From the NCBI GenBank assembly GCA_034430175.1, contig DAOUFI010000023.1:16592-80591 (forward strand): a DNA stretch of 64,000 nt, read 5' to 3'. Positions within the stretch are counted from its first letter, which is position 1; the number at the start of each line of letters is the position of its first letter. A program made the translations under genes and the position numbers. The DNA comes from Anaerolineaceae bacterium (GTDB lineage Bacteria; Chloroflexota; Anaerolineae; Anaerolineales; Anaerolineaceae). Shown here one piece after another: positions 25,145 to 33,327 of this stretch. The notes under the pieces are model-generated. The model was not told where the DNA came from and did no database searches. It saw only the letters and a list, made by a program, of their open reading frames with translations.

Positions 25145-26551
25145 TTACTCGTAACCGTGTTGTTTCAGTGAGGCCAAGAGCTTCTTTTCATCGAATAAGA
25201 AGTAGAGCATCAGCAACGCGCCCAGGTTGCACAACGCACTTACCGTCGCCACTGTGCGCACGCCGGTCGGGTTTGCCGCGCTGCGTCCAAGTAGCAGCAG
25301 TGACGGTAAGACAAGGTTGACGAATCCACTTGGAATGGCTGTTAATAATCCTGCAGCCGCGCCGAAGGAGGCTTCCTTGGCCTCGCCAGTACGTAATGTG
25401 TCTTCACGGATGATTTCATTATTGATCGCGCCGGGGATGATACCTGTGATGGCGCCGGGAACAGCGATCATCGCTACCAGGATCCAGGAAACAATCTTAA
25501 CCGGGAAGGGCAGTTTGTCAGCAAAGCCGAGCAGGAACGTGATCACGGTCATGGCCACCAGAGCGAGCATATAGAGATTTTTCTTGCCAGTTTTCTTGGC
25601 CATGGTTCCCACGAAGGGGTAGATCACGAACGCCAGACCCATAATAATGGCGCCAAACGCGATCAGCATCGAATCAGAATATCCAAAAATGATAGTGACG
25701 AAATAGACAAGACCGCTCTGGAAAAACCCGTCAGCCCAGTAGTAGACCTGATTGGTCAGGGTGTAAAGCACAAAGGTCTTATTTGAGAATGCCATTTTGA
25801 GGGATTTTATCAGGTGGATTTGGGATGATTTTCCCGATCCATATCGTCTCTCGTCCACCACCCAAACCTGCAGCGCAGCCAGGACGCTTGAGATGGCTAC
25901 CAATCCGCCGACGGTGATGCGGAAGGCTTCAACCGGACTCATACCGGTATTGATTAGAGCATCCTTGATTAGGTAAATCGCCTGCGAACCAATAATATAA
26001 CCGATCACCCAACCGATCGAACTGTAGGTGTTAAACTTCATGAGGATGTTGCTGTTTGAACTAAATTCAGGGATTAGTGCGCCTGACACGCCGTACAGAG
26101 CACGGAAAATATTCAGAAAAACGATGATGGCGAGCAGCCAAACAGCATTAATTGAGCTGACGTGGTCAACCGGTGGAACAAACATCAAGTATGTAAACAG
26201 ACCAACCGGTAGGAAGGATACCAACATGAAGATTTTACGGCGTCCGACGCGTGCTTTGGAGCGATCGCTCCAGTTCGCGACAAAGGGGGCGATAAGTATT
26301 CCCAGGATGGTGCCGATATAACCGATGAGACCGATGATGGTGATGCCCAAGATGGTCCCGTTGGAAAGGAACTGCGGAAAGTCTGATTGTGATGTTTCTG
26401 GAGGAACATAGAAATAGGTCATCAAGCCAGCCAGACTACCGATGATCGTTGATCCTACAGTGCCCAGTGACCAGACAACAATTCTCCAGGTTGGAAAGGG
26501 CTCTTTTCCCTGGAATTCAGGTTTGATTGCTTCAGCAACGGTTTCAGCCAT
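25145..26551 (-). CDS. glycoside-pentoside-hexuronide (GPH):cation symporter family MFS transporter
   Basis: 12-TM protein with the GPH loop motif WSDRSKARVGRRKIF (DRxxxxxGRR[KR]), 468 aa. Confidence 0.8.
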   Translation of the reverse strand: MAETVAEAIKPEFQGKEPFPTWRIVVWSLGTVGSTIIGSLAGLMTYFYVPPETSQSDFPQFLSNGTILGITIIGLIGYIGTILGILIAPFVANWSDRSKARVGRRKIFMLVSFLPVGLFTYLMFVPPVDHVSSINAVWLLAIIVFLNIFRALYGVSGALIPEFSSNSNILMKFNTYSSIGWVIGYIIGSQAIYLIKDALINTGMSPVEAFRITVGGLVAISSVLAALQVWVVDERRYGSGKSSQIHLIKSLKMAFSNKTFVLYTLTNQVYYWADGFFQSGLVYFVTIIFGYSDSMLIAFGAIIMGLAFVIYPFVGTMAKKTGKKNLYMLALVAMTVITFLLGFADKLPFPVKIVSWILVAMIAVPGAITGIIPGAINNEIIREDTLRTGEAKEASFGAAAGLLTAIPSGFVNLVLPSLLLLGRSAANPTGVRTVATVSALCNLGALLMLYFLFDEKKLLASLKQHGYE

Positions 26552-26945
26552 GGTGGAAAACCTCCCGAGCAGAATTTGGGATGGCGCAAGATTGTGACTC
26601 TCTTACTTTGAAGAATTTAAAAGATCAATAGAGATGATGGCAAAAACCTGACATTGTATGAAAAATCAAACTGGATTGCTAATTATTGGAAAACTATAAA
26701 GGGATTGCATTGAAAGTATAGGGTACAAAAAAATGGCTGTCAAGAAATTGAACACCTATGAAAACTTGGACGTAATTTCTCTCGTTTTATGCCTTCCAAT
26801 ATTATTTAGATGTTCAAGGGATTGATCGTCGATTTCAGTGTAAAATGAAAATTCATTTATTGGTCGATACAAAAACAACTTTGGTAATTCCCATCGTTCT
26901 AATAAAAAAAGCAATCAATGCAAGTATTTTTTTTCTGGAGAAATC

Positions 26946-28304
26946 ATGGAACAATCGCATGTTGAACCGACCGTGACCCCCGCGAAAGGGATGCGTACCT
27001 TTTTCACTATTTGGTCTGGTCAATTAATTTCCTTGCTCGGATCACAATTCACAGGATTTGCTCTGGGGGTGTGGGTGTACAGCCAAACCCACTCGGTAAT
27101 GATGCTGGCATTGGTGCAGGTGGCTCAGCAGGCACCATACATCCTGCTTTCTCCATTGGCCGGTGTACTTTCTGATCGCTGGAACCGTCGCACTGCCATG
27201 ATCGTCAGCGATTTTGGCTCAGGGCTGGCAGTGCTGGCCGTAGCCATTCTTTACCTGAGCGGGAACCTGCAAGCCTGGATGGTGATCCCGATCAACCTGT
27301 GGATGGCCACCTTCAATACTTTGATGTGGCCGGCCTTGACCGCATCAGTGACGCTGCTCGTACCCAAGGAGCAATTTGGACGGGCAAATGGTTTGGTGCA
27401 ATTGGGTGAAGCTATCCCGCAGATTGCCGGTCCAGCCCTGGCTGGGATGATGTACGTCACCATAAAAATGGGCAACATGGCTCTGATCGATTTTGGCACT
27501 TACGCGATTTCTGTGCTACTGATGCTCTTTTTTGTCCGCATTCCCACCCCGCCGAGGACGATTGATGGCGAAAAAGGCAAGGGGTCGATCTGGAAGGAAA
27601 TGCGTTTTGGCTGGGATTACATTGTTGCGCGCAAAGGATTGGTTGGATTGCTTCTCTTCTTTCTATCCACGAATTTCCTTTTTGGCATCATCGGCCCGTT
27701 GATCACCCCCTTGATCCTGGATAACTGGGACGCCAGTACGTTGGGTTGGTTGAGTACATTGATGGGGGTGGGCATGCTTGTGGGTACTTTGGTGATGAGC
27801 GCCTGGGGCGGTGGAAAGCGAAAAATTTTCCCATTGTTGATAAGCGGTGTTGTCGGAGGTCTATTCCTTGCCCTGACCGGGTTGCGCGCTTCTTTACCTT
27901 TGATCGCGATTGGTGGCGTAGGGATGATGTTGGTGATGCCAATCATGAACGCCTGCAGCCAGGCCATCTGGCAAGCCAAGGTTGCCCCTGATGTTCAGGG
28001 AAGGGTTTTTGCTGTGCGGCGAGCCATCGCCTGGTCAGCCGGTCTCATCGCGCCGTTGTTGGCAGCACCTCTCGCGGATAAGGTTTTCAAGCCGGCCATG
28101 ATCGCGGGCGGTTCTCTGACTGGAGTGCTCGGTCCAATCTTTGGGGTTGGCGCCGGTCGCGGTGTGGGCGTGCTGATCACGCTCGTTGGCTTGCTGAGCG
28201 TGATCGTCGCGTTGATCGGATTCATCGTTCCAACTGTGCGAGATGTCGAGATTGACCTGCCCGATTTTGAAACCGCTAGAGAGGTTGTCAAAACCGCGGA
28301 TTGA
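26946..28304 (+). CDS. MFS transporter (MFS_3/EntS-like)
   Basis: 12-TM, 452 aa, with an LSPLAGVLSDRWNRRTAMIVSD loop 2-3 motif typical of this MFS subgroup. Confidence 0.75.
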   Translation: MEQSHVEPTVTPAKGMRTFFTIWSGQLISLLGSQFTGFALGVWVYSQTHSVMMLALVQVAQQAPYILLSPLAGVLSDRWNRRTAMIVSDFGSGLAVLAVAILYLSGNLQAWMVIPINLWMATFNTLMWPALTASVTLLVPKEQFGRANGLVQLGEAIPQIAGPALAGMMYVTIKMGNMALIDFGTYAISVLLMLFFVRIPTPPRTIDGEKGKGSIWKEMRFGWDYIVARKGLVGLLLFFLSTNFLFGIIGPLITPLILDNWDASTLGWLSTLMGVGMLVGTLVMSAWGGGKRKIFPLLISGVVGGLFLALTGLRASLPLIAIGGVGMMLVMPIMNACSQAIWQAKVAPDVQGRVFAVRRAIAWSAGLIAPLLAAPLADKVFKPAMIAGGSLTGVLGPIFGVGAGRGVGVLITLVGLLSVIVALIGFIVPTVRDVEIDLPDFETAREVVKTAD

Positions 28305-28393
28305 TCGAACCTAATCAATAATTCAATCTCGCGTTGGGCTATCCAAGCGATTTGATGCAAAACGAATTCATATTTCGTTCTAAGTCTGTTCGA

Positions 28394-28422
28394 TTGAAAC
28401 CAAGGATTTTTCGCGCTATATT
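28394..28422 (+). promoter_or_regulatory. sigma70-type promoter of the c-di-GMP riboswitch array
   Basis: TTGAAA (28394-28399), a 17-nt spacer, then TATATT (28417-28422). The predicted TSS coincides with the first aptamer's P1 (about 28429). Confidence 0.6.
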
Positions 28423-28428
28423 GTTAAT

Positions 28429-28538
28429 GCACTCCGATAAAATGGCAAAGTCAGCAAAAGCTGGCGGCGCAAAGTCAAGGGTCTAAAGTGAGAACAGCGA
28501 TCCTCACCACGATAGCCTGACTGACCGAGAATAGTGAC
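28429..28538 (+). promoter_or_regulatory. c-di-GMP-I (GEMM-I) riboswitch aptamer, unit 1
   Basis: AUGGCAAA-GUCAGC-AAAA-GCUGGC-GGCGCAAAGUCAAGGGUCUAAAGUGAG...CUCACCACGAUAGCCUGACUGACCGAGA parallels V. cholerae Vc2 (GGGCAAACC..GAAA..GGGACGCAAAGCC..GGCCUAAACC...GGGGUUACCGAUGG). The P1 pairing CACU/AGUG closes the unit. Confidence 0.72.
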
Positions 28539-28543
28539 GTTAT

Positions 28544-28614
28544 GCGAAAGCAAACGGAACAAGTCCGTGATCTAAAATCATCTTAAGTTGATCAAGATGC
28601 CGGACAACCGAAGG
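28544..28614 (+). promoter_or_regulatory. divergent GEMM-I-like middle unit (degenerate aptamer or expression platform)
   Basis: GC-GAAA-GC mini hairpin, then AAACGGAACAA, then GUCCG-U-GAUC-UAAA-AUCA..UGAU-CAA-GAU-GC-CGGAC-AACCGAAGG. It shares the P-stem/UAAA-CAA internal loop and the 3' ACCGAAGG with units 1 and 3 but lacks CGCAAAG. Confidence 0.3.
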
Positions 28615-28702
28615 CTAACCTCGCGAAAGCCTGGAGCGCAAAGTCAAGGGCCTAAAACCAGAAGACAAAGGTCAAGGCAGCCTGACTACCGAAGAGTGCA
28701 TC
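28596..28702 (+). promoter_or_regulatory. c-di-GMP-I (GEMM-I) riboswitch aptamer, unit 3
   Basis: AAGGCUAA-CCUCGC-GAAA-GCCUGG-AGCGCAAAGUCAAGGGCCUAAAACC...GGUCAAGGCAGCCUGACUACCGAAGAG. A possible closing helix is GAUGC/GCAUC. It shares an identical 15-mer, GCGCAAAGUCAAGGG, with unit 1. Confidence 0.72.
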
Positions 28703-28713
28703 CATAAGCGATA

Positions 28714-28744
28714 AAGCGAACGAATTGCCGTTCGCTTTTTTTTC
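28714..28744 (+). terminator. intrinsic terminator ending the riboswitch array (likely its expression platform)
   Basis: Stem agcgaacg/cgttcgct followed by 9 T. A duplicated AAGCGA just upstream could form an alternative pairing. Read on the minus strand it may also serve the convergent dsrE-like gene (TTTAT only). Confidence 0.75.
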
Positions 28745-28776
28745 ACATTTTTAAGCTGATCAGTATACAATCCAGG

Positions 28777-29127
28777 TTAAAGGGATATGACCTTGCCAGC
28801 GCGACGCAACGCTTCTAAGATATCCGTCATACCGCCCACAATGCCCACTTTTACTTCGTCGGTCAAACCGAAGAACCCCAGACAGGTACTACAAAGGATC
28901 AATCTCACCCCTTTTTCTTCGAGTGATTGCAAAGAATCCAGCACCGGTGAACCAGTGACCGCCAGGCGCACGCCGTCCGTGTAGAAACAGATAGCTGCGG
29001 GCAGGATATTATTTTCATTCAAAAGTTTCAAATAGGTCGTCGCGAGCTTGATTTGTAGATCGGGGGCAGCTTCACCCATGCCATTGCGGGTGAAAAGAAT
29101 GACAGTGTCTGAATCGGGTATGGTCAT
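28777..29127 (-). CDS. DsrE/DsrF-like sulfur-relay family protein
   Basis: 116 aa with VILFTRNGMG at the N-terminus and a conserved Cys region LILCSTCLGFFG. A strong GGAGGAAAAT RBS precedes the start. Confidence 0.6.
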   Translation of the reverse strand: MTIPDSDTVILFTRNGMGEAAPDLQIKLATTYLKLLNENNILPAAICFYTDGVRLAVTGSPVLDSLQSLEEKGVRLILCSTCLGFFGLTDEVKVGIVGGMTDILEALRRAGKVISL

Positions 29128-29239
29128 ATTTTCCTCCTGGGTTGATTATGATGACTATTTGATTGATTTTATCATCCAAATTAATTGCAACCTCCGTCAG
29201 GCGATAACGTATATTTGATATATGGAAAAGGAGAGAGAA

Positions 29240-29461
29240 ATGACAGTTGAAGCAAACGAAAATCATGAGGAATGCGTTCACCATCATCACCACGGTCGAA
29301 GTGGTGGTGGGGATGCTGTCTACGGATTGGGCTTCATCGGGGCCGCCATCTACTTCATTGGTCATGCCGCCACATTCTGGCTGGGTGTTTTGGGTTTCCT
29401 CAAGGCACTTGTATGGCCAGTCTTTGCAGTGATGGGGCTGCTGAAATACCTTGGCCTTTAG
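29240..29461 (+). CDS. small His-rich two-TM membrane protein
   Basis: MTVEANENHEECVHHHHHGRSGGGDAVYGLGFIGAAIYFIGHAATFWLGVLGFLKALVWPVFAVMGLLKYLGL. ATG 29240 has a GGAGAGAGAA RBS and a clean terminator follows. The track start 29222 is less likely. Confidence 0.6.
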   Translation: MTVEANENHEECVHHHHHGRSGGGDAVYGLGFIGAAIYFIGHAATFWLGVLGFLKALVWPVFAVMGLLKYLGL

Positions 29462-29477
29462 TCCAGGGCAAGAGAAA

Positions 29478-29506
29478 ACGGACGCGCGAGTGTCCGTTTT
29501 TTGTTT
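29478..29506 (+). terminator. intrinsic terminator after the small membrane protein gene
   Basis: acggac-gcgcgagt-gtccgt followed by TTTTTGTTT. Confidence 0.7.
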
Positions 29507-29549
29507 GATGTTAAGAATTGGTTGCAATGAGTAGGGGCACGATATGCCC

Positions 29550-30473
29550 CTACTTTACTCTCTTTTTCGCGAGTTCAACGGCAATCTCACCGCCAACCCT
29601 GGCGTTGTTTTTGATGAGAGCGATGTTCGCGGTCAGACTTTTGCCTTTTGTGGCTTCCTTGATGGTTGAAAGGATGAAGGGAGTTACCCCTTTACCGGTG
29701 ATCCCTTTTTTGTCGAGTTCTTTTAGCGCGATTTTTATTGCGCTCTGTGTTTCTTCGTAACTTAGCGCGTCTTCGCTTTCCAGGGGGACACCTACCAGCA
29801 ATCCACCTTTGTGTTGGTTGACCAGTTTCTGATAAAAGATCTCTGCGGCATCGGCGGCGGAATTGGCTGACCAATCGATTTGATAGCGGCTATCGCGGGT
29901 GTAGAAAAGAGGAAAGTTCTTGGTTTTGAATCCCACCACTGCCACGCGGTTTGTTTCAAGGTATTCCAACGTGGCGGGGATGTCCATGAAAGCTTTTACC
30001 CCCGCGCAAACGGTGACACACGGATAATCTGCCAGCGCGATAAGGTCAGATGAAATATCCATCGTCTTGTAACCTTCTGGACCAACACCACCGATACCGC
30101 CTGTAACGAAAACGTTAATCCCGACCGCGGTGGCAATGGCCAGGCTGGCGCTGACCGTTGTGGCCGCGTGCAGCTTCTTGGCGAGGATGAAGGGAATGTC
30201 GCGGTCGCTCGCCTTGAGGATGGTTTTGTCAGTGGAAAAGAATTCAATTTCCTCACGGCTCAATCCAACCTTCATTGTGCCGCCAATGATCGCGATCGTG
30301 GCGGGGATCGCTCCGGTCTGGCGCACGATCTCTTCCACAGCCAGCGCGGTCTCGAGATTTTGCGGGTAAGGCATGCCGTGGGCAATGATGGTCGATTCCA
30401 GCGCCACCACGGGATCGCCTTGTTTGATCGCTTTACGAACCGCGTCTCCAATTTCAATATTCTTTCCGATCAT
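29550..30473 (-). CDS. psuG: pseudouridine-5'-phosphate glycosidase
   Basis: The VVALESTIIAHGMPYPQN signature and overall length fit PsuG/IndA. ATG 30473 forms an ATGA overlap with the upstream kinase stop. Confidence 0.88.
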   Translation of the reverse strand: MIGKNIEIGDAVRKAIKQGDPVVALESTIIAHGMPYPQNLETALAVEEIVRQTGAIPATIAIIGGTMKVGLSREEIEFFSTDKTILKASDRDIPFILAKKLHAATTVSASLAIATAVGINVFVTGGIGGVGPEGYKTMDISSDLIALADYPCVTVCAGVKAFMDIPATLEYLETNRVAVVGFKTKNFPLFYTRDSRYQIDWSANSAADAAEIFYQKLVNQHKGGLLVGVPLESEDALSYEETQSAIKIALKELDKKGITGKGVTPFILSTIKEATKGKSLTANIALIKNNARVGGEIAVELAKKRVK

Positions 30474-31468
30474 CTCTTCCTCCAAAACGCATTATGGCGT
30501 TTGATTTTCGTCAATCTTGCAGCCAATTCAGATTCATTATTCTTTATCAGAATTCTTGACAGGTCTTCGATCCGTGGTGGAGCTTCATGACCGCCGTAAC
30601 GCGCGATGATGTGAGCGGCTGCCGACGAGCCAATTTTACACGCGCTGACGAGGTCAATTTCGTTCGCTACGGCAAATAGAAAACCTCCACAGAAGGCATC
30701 ACCAGCTCCAGTGGTATCCACCACCGGCTCGTCATTTTCGAGCTTGATGAAATATTCGATACCATCACCAACCACCAGACAGCCGTCCTTATCCAAAGTG
30801 ACGATGACCACGCGAGGTCCGTGCTGGCGGATCTTTCGTGCTGCTGCCAACGGATCGCGGAGTTTGGTCAACTGATAGGCTTCCTCACGGCTCGGGAAAA
30901 AGTAATCCACCTTTTGAAGAACAAAATTATCTTCCAGGTTCGTGCTTTGAGCAAATAGGAACGAGGGGTCGAGAGAAACTTGCAGTCCATGTCTTTTTGC
31001 GCCTTGTATCAGTTCGGTTGCCACCTTGCATGAATTGGGAGTCTGAAAACTGTAACCGGAGAGATGCAGGATTTGCCGGTTGGTAAAGACGGCTTCGGGA
31101 ATTTCTGGGTAGGAAGGAAGGACATTCACCCCGCGATAAGAGTAAAACTTCCGTTCTCCGTTCAGCGCGAGGATAGAGATGCACACTGCCAGCTTCCCGT
31201 GGGCGTGGCGCAGGTGACGCGTGTCCAATCCGTGTGCGTTCAGATCATTTTCAAGCAATCTCGACCAGTGATCGTCACCGACGACTCCCAGAAACGTGGC
31301 AGGCAGACCCAGTGTACTGGCGATGACCGCGCAGTTGACAGCAGATCCACCCGGGGAAATGTGCAGATCCTCGACTTTTTCATCTTCATCTGAATCCACC
31401 GAAGCAGCTTTTTGAACGATCACGTCCATGGCGATGTCGCCGTAAGCGAGCAAGCCGCTCTTTCTCAT
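30470..31468 (-). CDS. PfkB family carbohydrate kinase (pseudouridine kinase-like)
   Basis: PfkB motifs GGSAVNCAV and DTTGAGDAF. Translational coupling to psuG suggests PsuK function. Confidence 0.75.
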   Translation of the reverse strand: MRKSGLLAYGDIAMDVIVQKAASVDSDEDEKVEDLHISPGGSAVNCAVIASTLGLPATFLGVVGDDHWSRLLENDLNAHGLDTRHLRHAHGKLAVCISILALNGERKFYSYRGVNVLPSYPEIPEAVFTNRQILHLSGYSFQTPNSCKVATELIQGAKRHGLQVSLDPSFLFAQSTNLEDNFVLQKVDYFFPSREEAYQLTKLRDPLAAARKIRQHGPRVVIVTLDKDGCLVVGDGIEYFIKLENDEPVVDTTGAGDAFCGGFLFAVANEIDLVSACKIGSSAAAHIIARYGGHEAPPRIEDLSRILIKNNESELAARLTKIKRHNAFWRKR

Positions 31469-31709
31469 TTACCGGTCATCCTTTCAAAGTGATATTGCAG
31501 CTTCACTCAGGGTTAGTTCGTATGTCACATTGTGAAGCGATTGAGGAAATAACTGAACGGAGTCTATGTATTTTATTACAACCCCTGGTTTATGATAAAC
31601 TTGCATTTACGGTGTTTATTGGTAAATTCCCTCTGTCAATCCAAAATGGTTGAACTTCAGATTATGAATGTGATCCAGAAAAACTCTATCCCTAGAGGGT
31701 AAAAGATTA

Positions 31710-32747
31710 ATGACTAACATCGAGCAGCGGAAGGGGCATCACAAATTCAAGATCTGGCATTATATTCCCATTGCCATTATCCTGCTTTTGGCTGGTTATT
31801 TTCTCTATCCACAGATCGCGTTATTGACCCGGTCGTGGTATGTCGTGAAGAGCATGATGCTCTGGGCAGTTCTTGCTGCCGCCGCAGCAGAGACGCTGAG
31901 TTGGGTCGGTAATGGTCTCATCTTCCATTACATTCTCAAAGCGAACGGAAAAAATCTTCCTGTTATAAAAGGATCGTTAATCGCGCTTGGAACCCTGGCG
32001 ATCAGTTTGGTAGCGGGAGGAGCTGTAGGGTTGGCAATGTCATATGGTTGGTTGAACCGCGAAAGCAAAGATGGCAATGCGTCGTTTTTGGCAGCCACCT
32101 TACCCGCATTTTTTAATACCGGCACGATCATGGGGGTGTCAATCATCGGTGTAATCTATCTTTTTCTTGCGCACGACTTGACCACTGGGCAATTGATTGA
32201 ATTTGGAACCGCCCTTTTGTTTCTTATGACTACCACCATCCTCACACTGCTGGCATTACGGGCGGAGCCGTTGGTCAAACGTGTTGGAGTCAGTGCTCTG
32301 GGTCTTTGGGCAAGGATCCGCCAACAGTCTTTTAACCCAGAAGAAGTGATCGATTCGATCGACAAGTTCTTTTCAGCATTGAAATCGATGGGAAATGGCA
32401 AATGGGCACTGGCGCTTATGGGTGCCATCGTCAATGTTGGTTTCGATATGCTGGCGATGTTCTTTTTGTTCATCGCCGCTGGGAGTCCTATCTCTGCGGC
32501 CACACTCTTTTCTGGTTATGGCCTGCCCCTGGTGTTGTCGAAAGTCGCATTCATATTCCCGGGTGGCATTGGGATCATCGAAGGCAGCATGAAACTCCTT
32601 TTTGAAAGTCTGGGAGTTTCATCAGCGATCAGTGTTGTCGTGGTCATGAGTTATCGGCTTTTTTCATTCTGGATACCGACCATTTTGGGGTTTGGAGCTT
32701 CAGCATACTTGAGCGGGCGGTTGGCACATCATCACCGCAAAGTATAA
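31710..32747 (+). CDS. UPF0104 / lysyl-phosphatidylglycerol-synthase-TM-like (flippase-like) membrane protein
   Basis: 345-aa polytopic protein whose organisation resembles the LPG_synthase_TM family. The assignment rests on overall pattern only. Confidence 0.45.
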   Translation: MTNIEQRKGHHKFKIWHYIPIAIILLLAGYFLYPQIALLTRSWYVVKSMMLWAVLAAAAAETLSWVGNGLIFHYILKANGKNLPVIKGSLIALGTLAISLVAGGAVGLAMSYGWLNRESKDGNASFLAATLPAFFNTGTIMGVSIIGVIYLFLAHDLTTGQLIEFGTALLFLMTTTILTLLALRAEPLVKRVGVSALGLWARIRQQSFNPEEVIDSIDKFFSALKSMGNGKWALALMGAIVNVGFDMLAMFFLFIAAGSPISAATLFSGYGLPLVLSKVAFIFPGGIGIIEGSMKLLFESLGVSSAISVVVVMSYRLFSFWIPTILGFGASAYLSGRLAHHHRKV

Positions 32748-32768
32748 ATAATCCAAATATAAAAATTA

Positions 32769-32797
32769 TTACCGCCTGGATTTGCTCCAGGCGGTAA
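32769..32797. terminator. bidirectional terminator between convergent genes
   Basis: 12-bp stem ttaccgcctgga/tccaggcggtaa is flanked by cgTTTATTTATT on the plus strand and by TAATTTTTATATTT on the minus strand. Confidence 0.75.
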
Positions 32798-32804
32798 CGT
32801 TTAT

Positions 32805-33299
32805 TTATTCGGCTTTTCTTTTACCCAATTGATGGTCGAGCATCAATATAGCTGTGCCTTTGGCGTTGATCAATTCAAGTTGTTGGACAATATCAGCCGC
32901 GTTCTTCTCTTCTTCGACCTGTTCACTAATAAACCATTGCAACATCATCTGGGAAGGATAATCCTTCTCCTGCAACGCAGTCTCGTATAATCCGTTTATC
33001 GAAGCAGTAACCTGGGCTTCATGTTTCTGCACTTCCTTGAACACTTCCAGATGAGATTTCCAATCTGACTTGGGTGAATCAATTGATGGTAATTCAACCT
33101 TACCACCGCGATCAATAAGGTGTTTATAGAATTTCATGCCATGTTCTTTTTCTTCACCAGCCTGAATGTACATCCAAGAAGCAAAACCTGGTAAATTTTC
33201 ATGTTCAAAATAGGCTGCCATTGCCAGGTAGAGGTAGGCAGAAAAGAATTCCTTGTTTATTTGTTCATTAATTGCTTTTTGCATTTTTTCTGAGATCAT
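32805..33299 (-). CDS. ferritin (non-haem, bacterial Ftn type)
   Basis: INEQINKEFFSAYLYLAMAAYF and the EEKEHGMKF ferroxidase-centre motifs, 164 aa. Confidence 0.88.
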   Translation of the reverse strand: MISEKMQKAINEQINKEFFSAYLYLAMAAYFEHENLPGFASWMYIQAGEEKEHGMKFYKHLIDRGGKVELPSIDSPKSDWKSHLEVFKEVQKHEAQVTASINGLYETALQEKDYPSQMMLQWFISEQVEEEKNAADIVQQLELINAKGTAILMLDHQLGKRKAE

Positions 33300-33327
33300 T
33301 TTTATCCCATTTCTTCAATATTGTTTT

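Noticed and set aside
26552-26945. An AT-rich 394-bp divergent region between two MFS genes with a repeated AAGGGATTG 9-mer, considered as a possible operator pair or sRNA.
   Set aside because: 9-mer repeats are expected by chance, and there are no stable stems or terminators. It is most simply two back-to-back promoters.
28787-28984. A 65-aa plus-strand ORF immediately after the riboswitch terminator, which would have given the riboswitch array a sense target.
   Set aside because: It lies entirely antisense to the well-supported dsrE-like gene. It has only a poorly spaced purine tract before its ATG and a Ser/Pro/Thr/Arg-rich composition typical of antisense frames.
29072-29527. A 151-aa minus-strand ORF spanning the divergent promoter region and the small membrane protein gene.
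   Set aside because: It overlaps the dsrE-like start, the intergenic control region and the antisense of a gene that has its own RBS and terminator. It has no motifs and an implausible composition.
29531-29553. A shared 12-mer, ggggcacgatat, appears in hairpins at 29531-29553 and 49116-49143, suggesting a REP-like repeat family.
   Set aside because: In a 64-kb window, on the order of 100 chance 12-mer coincidences are expected. The arms and loops otherwise differ. This is not significant without genome-wide counts.
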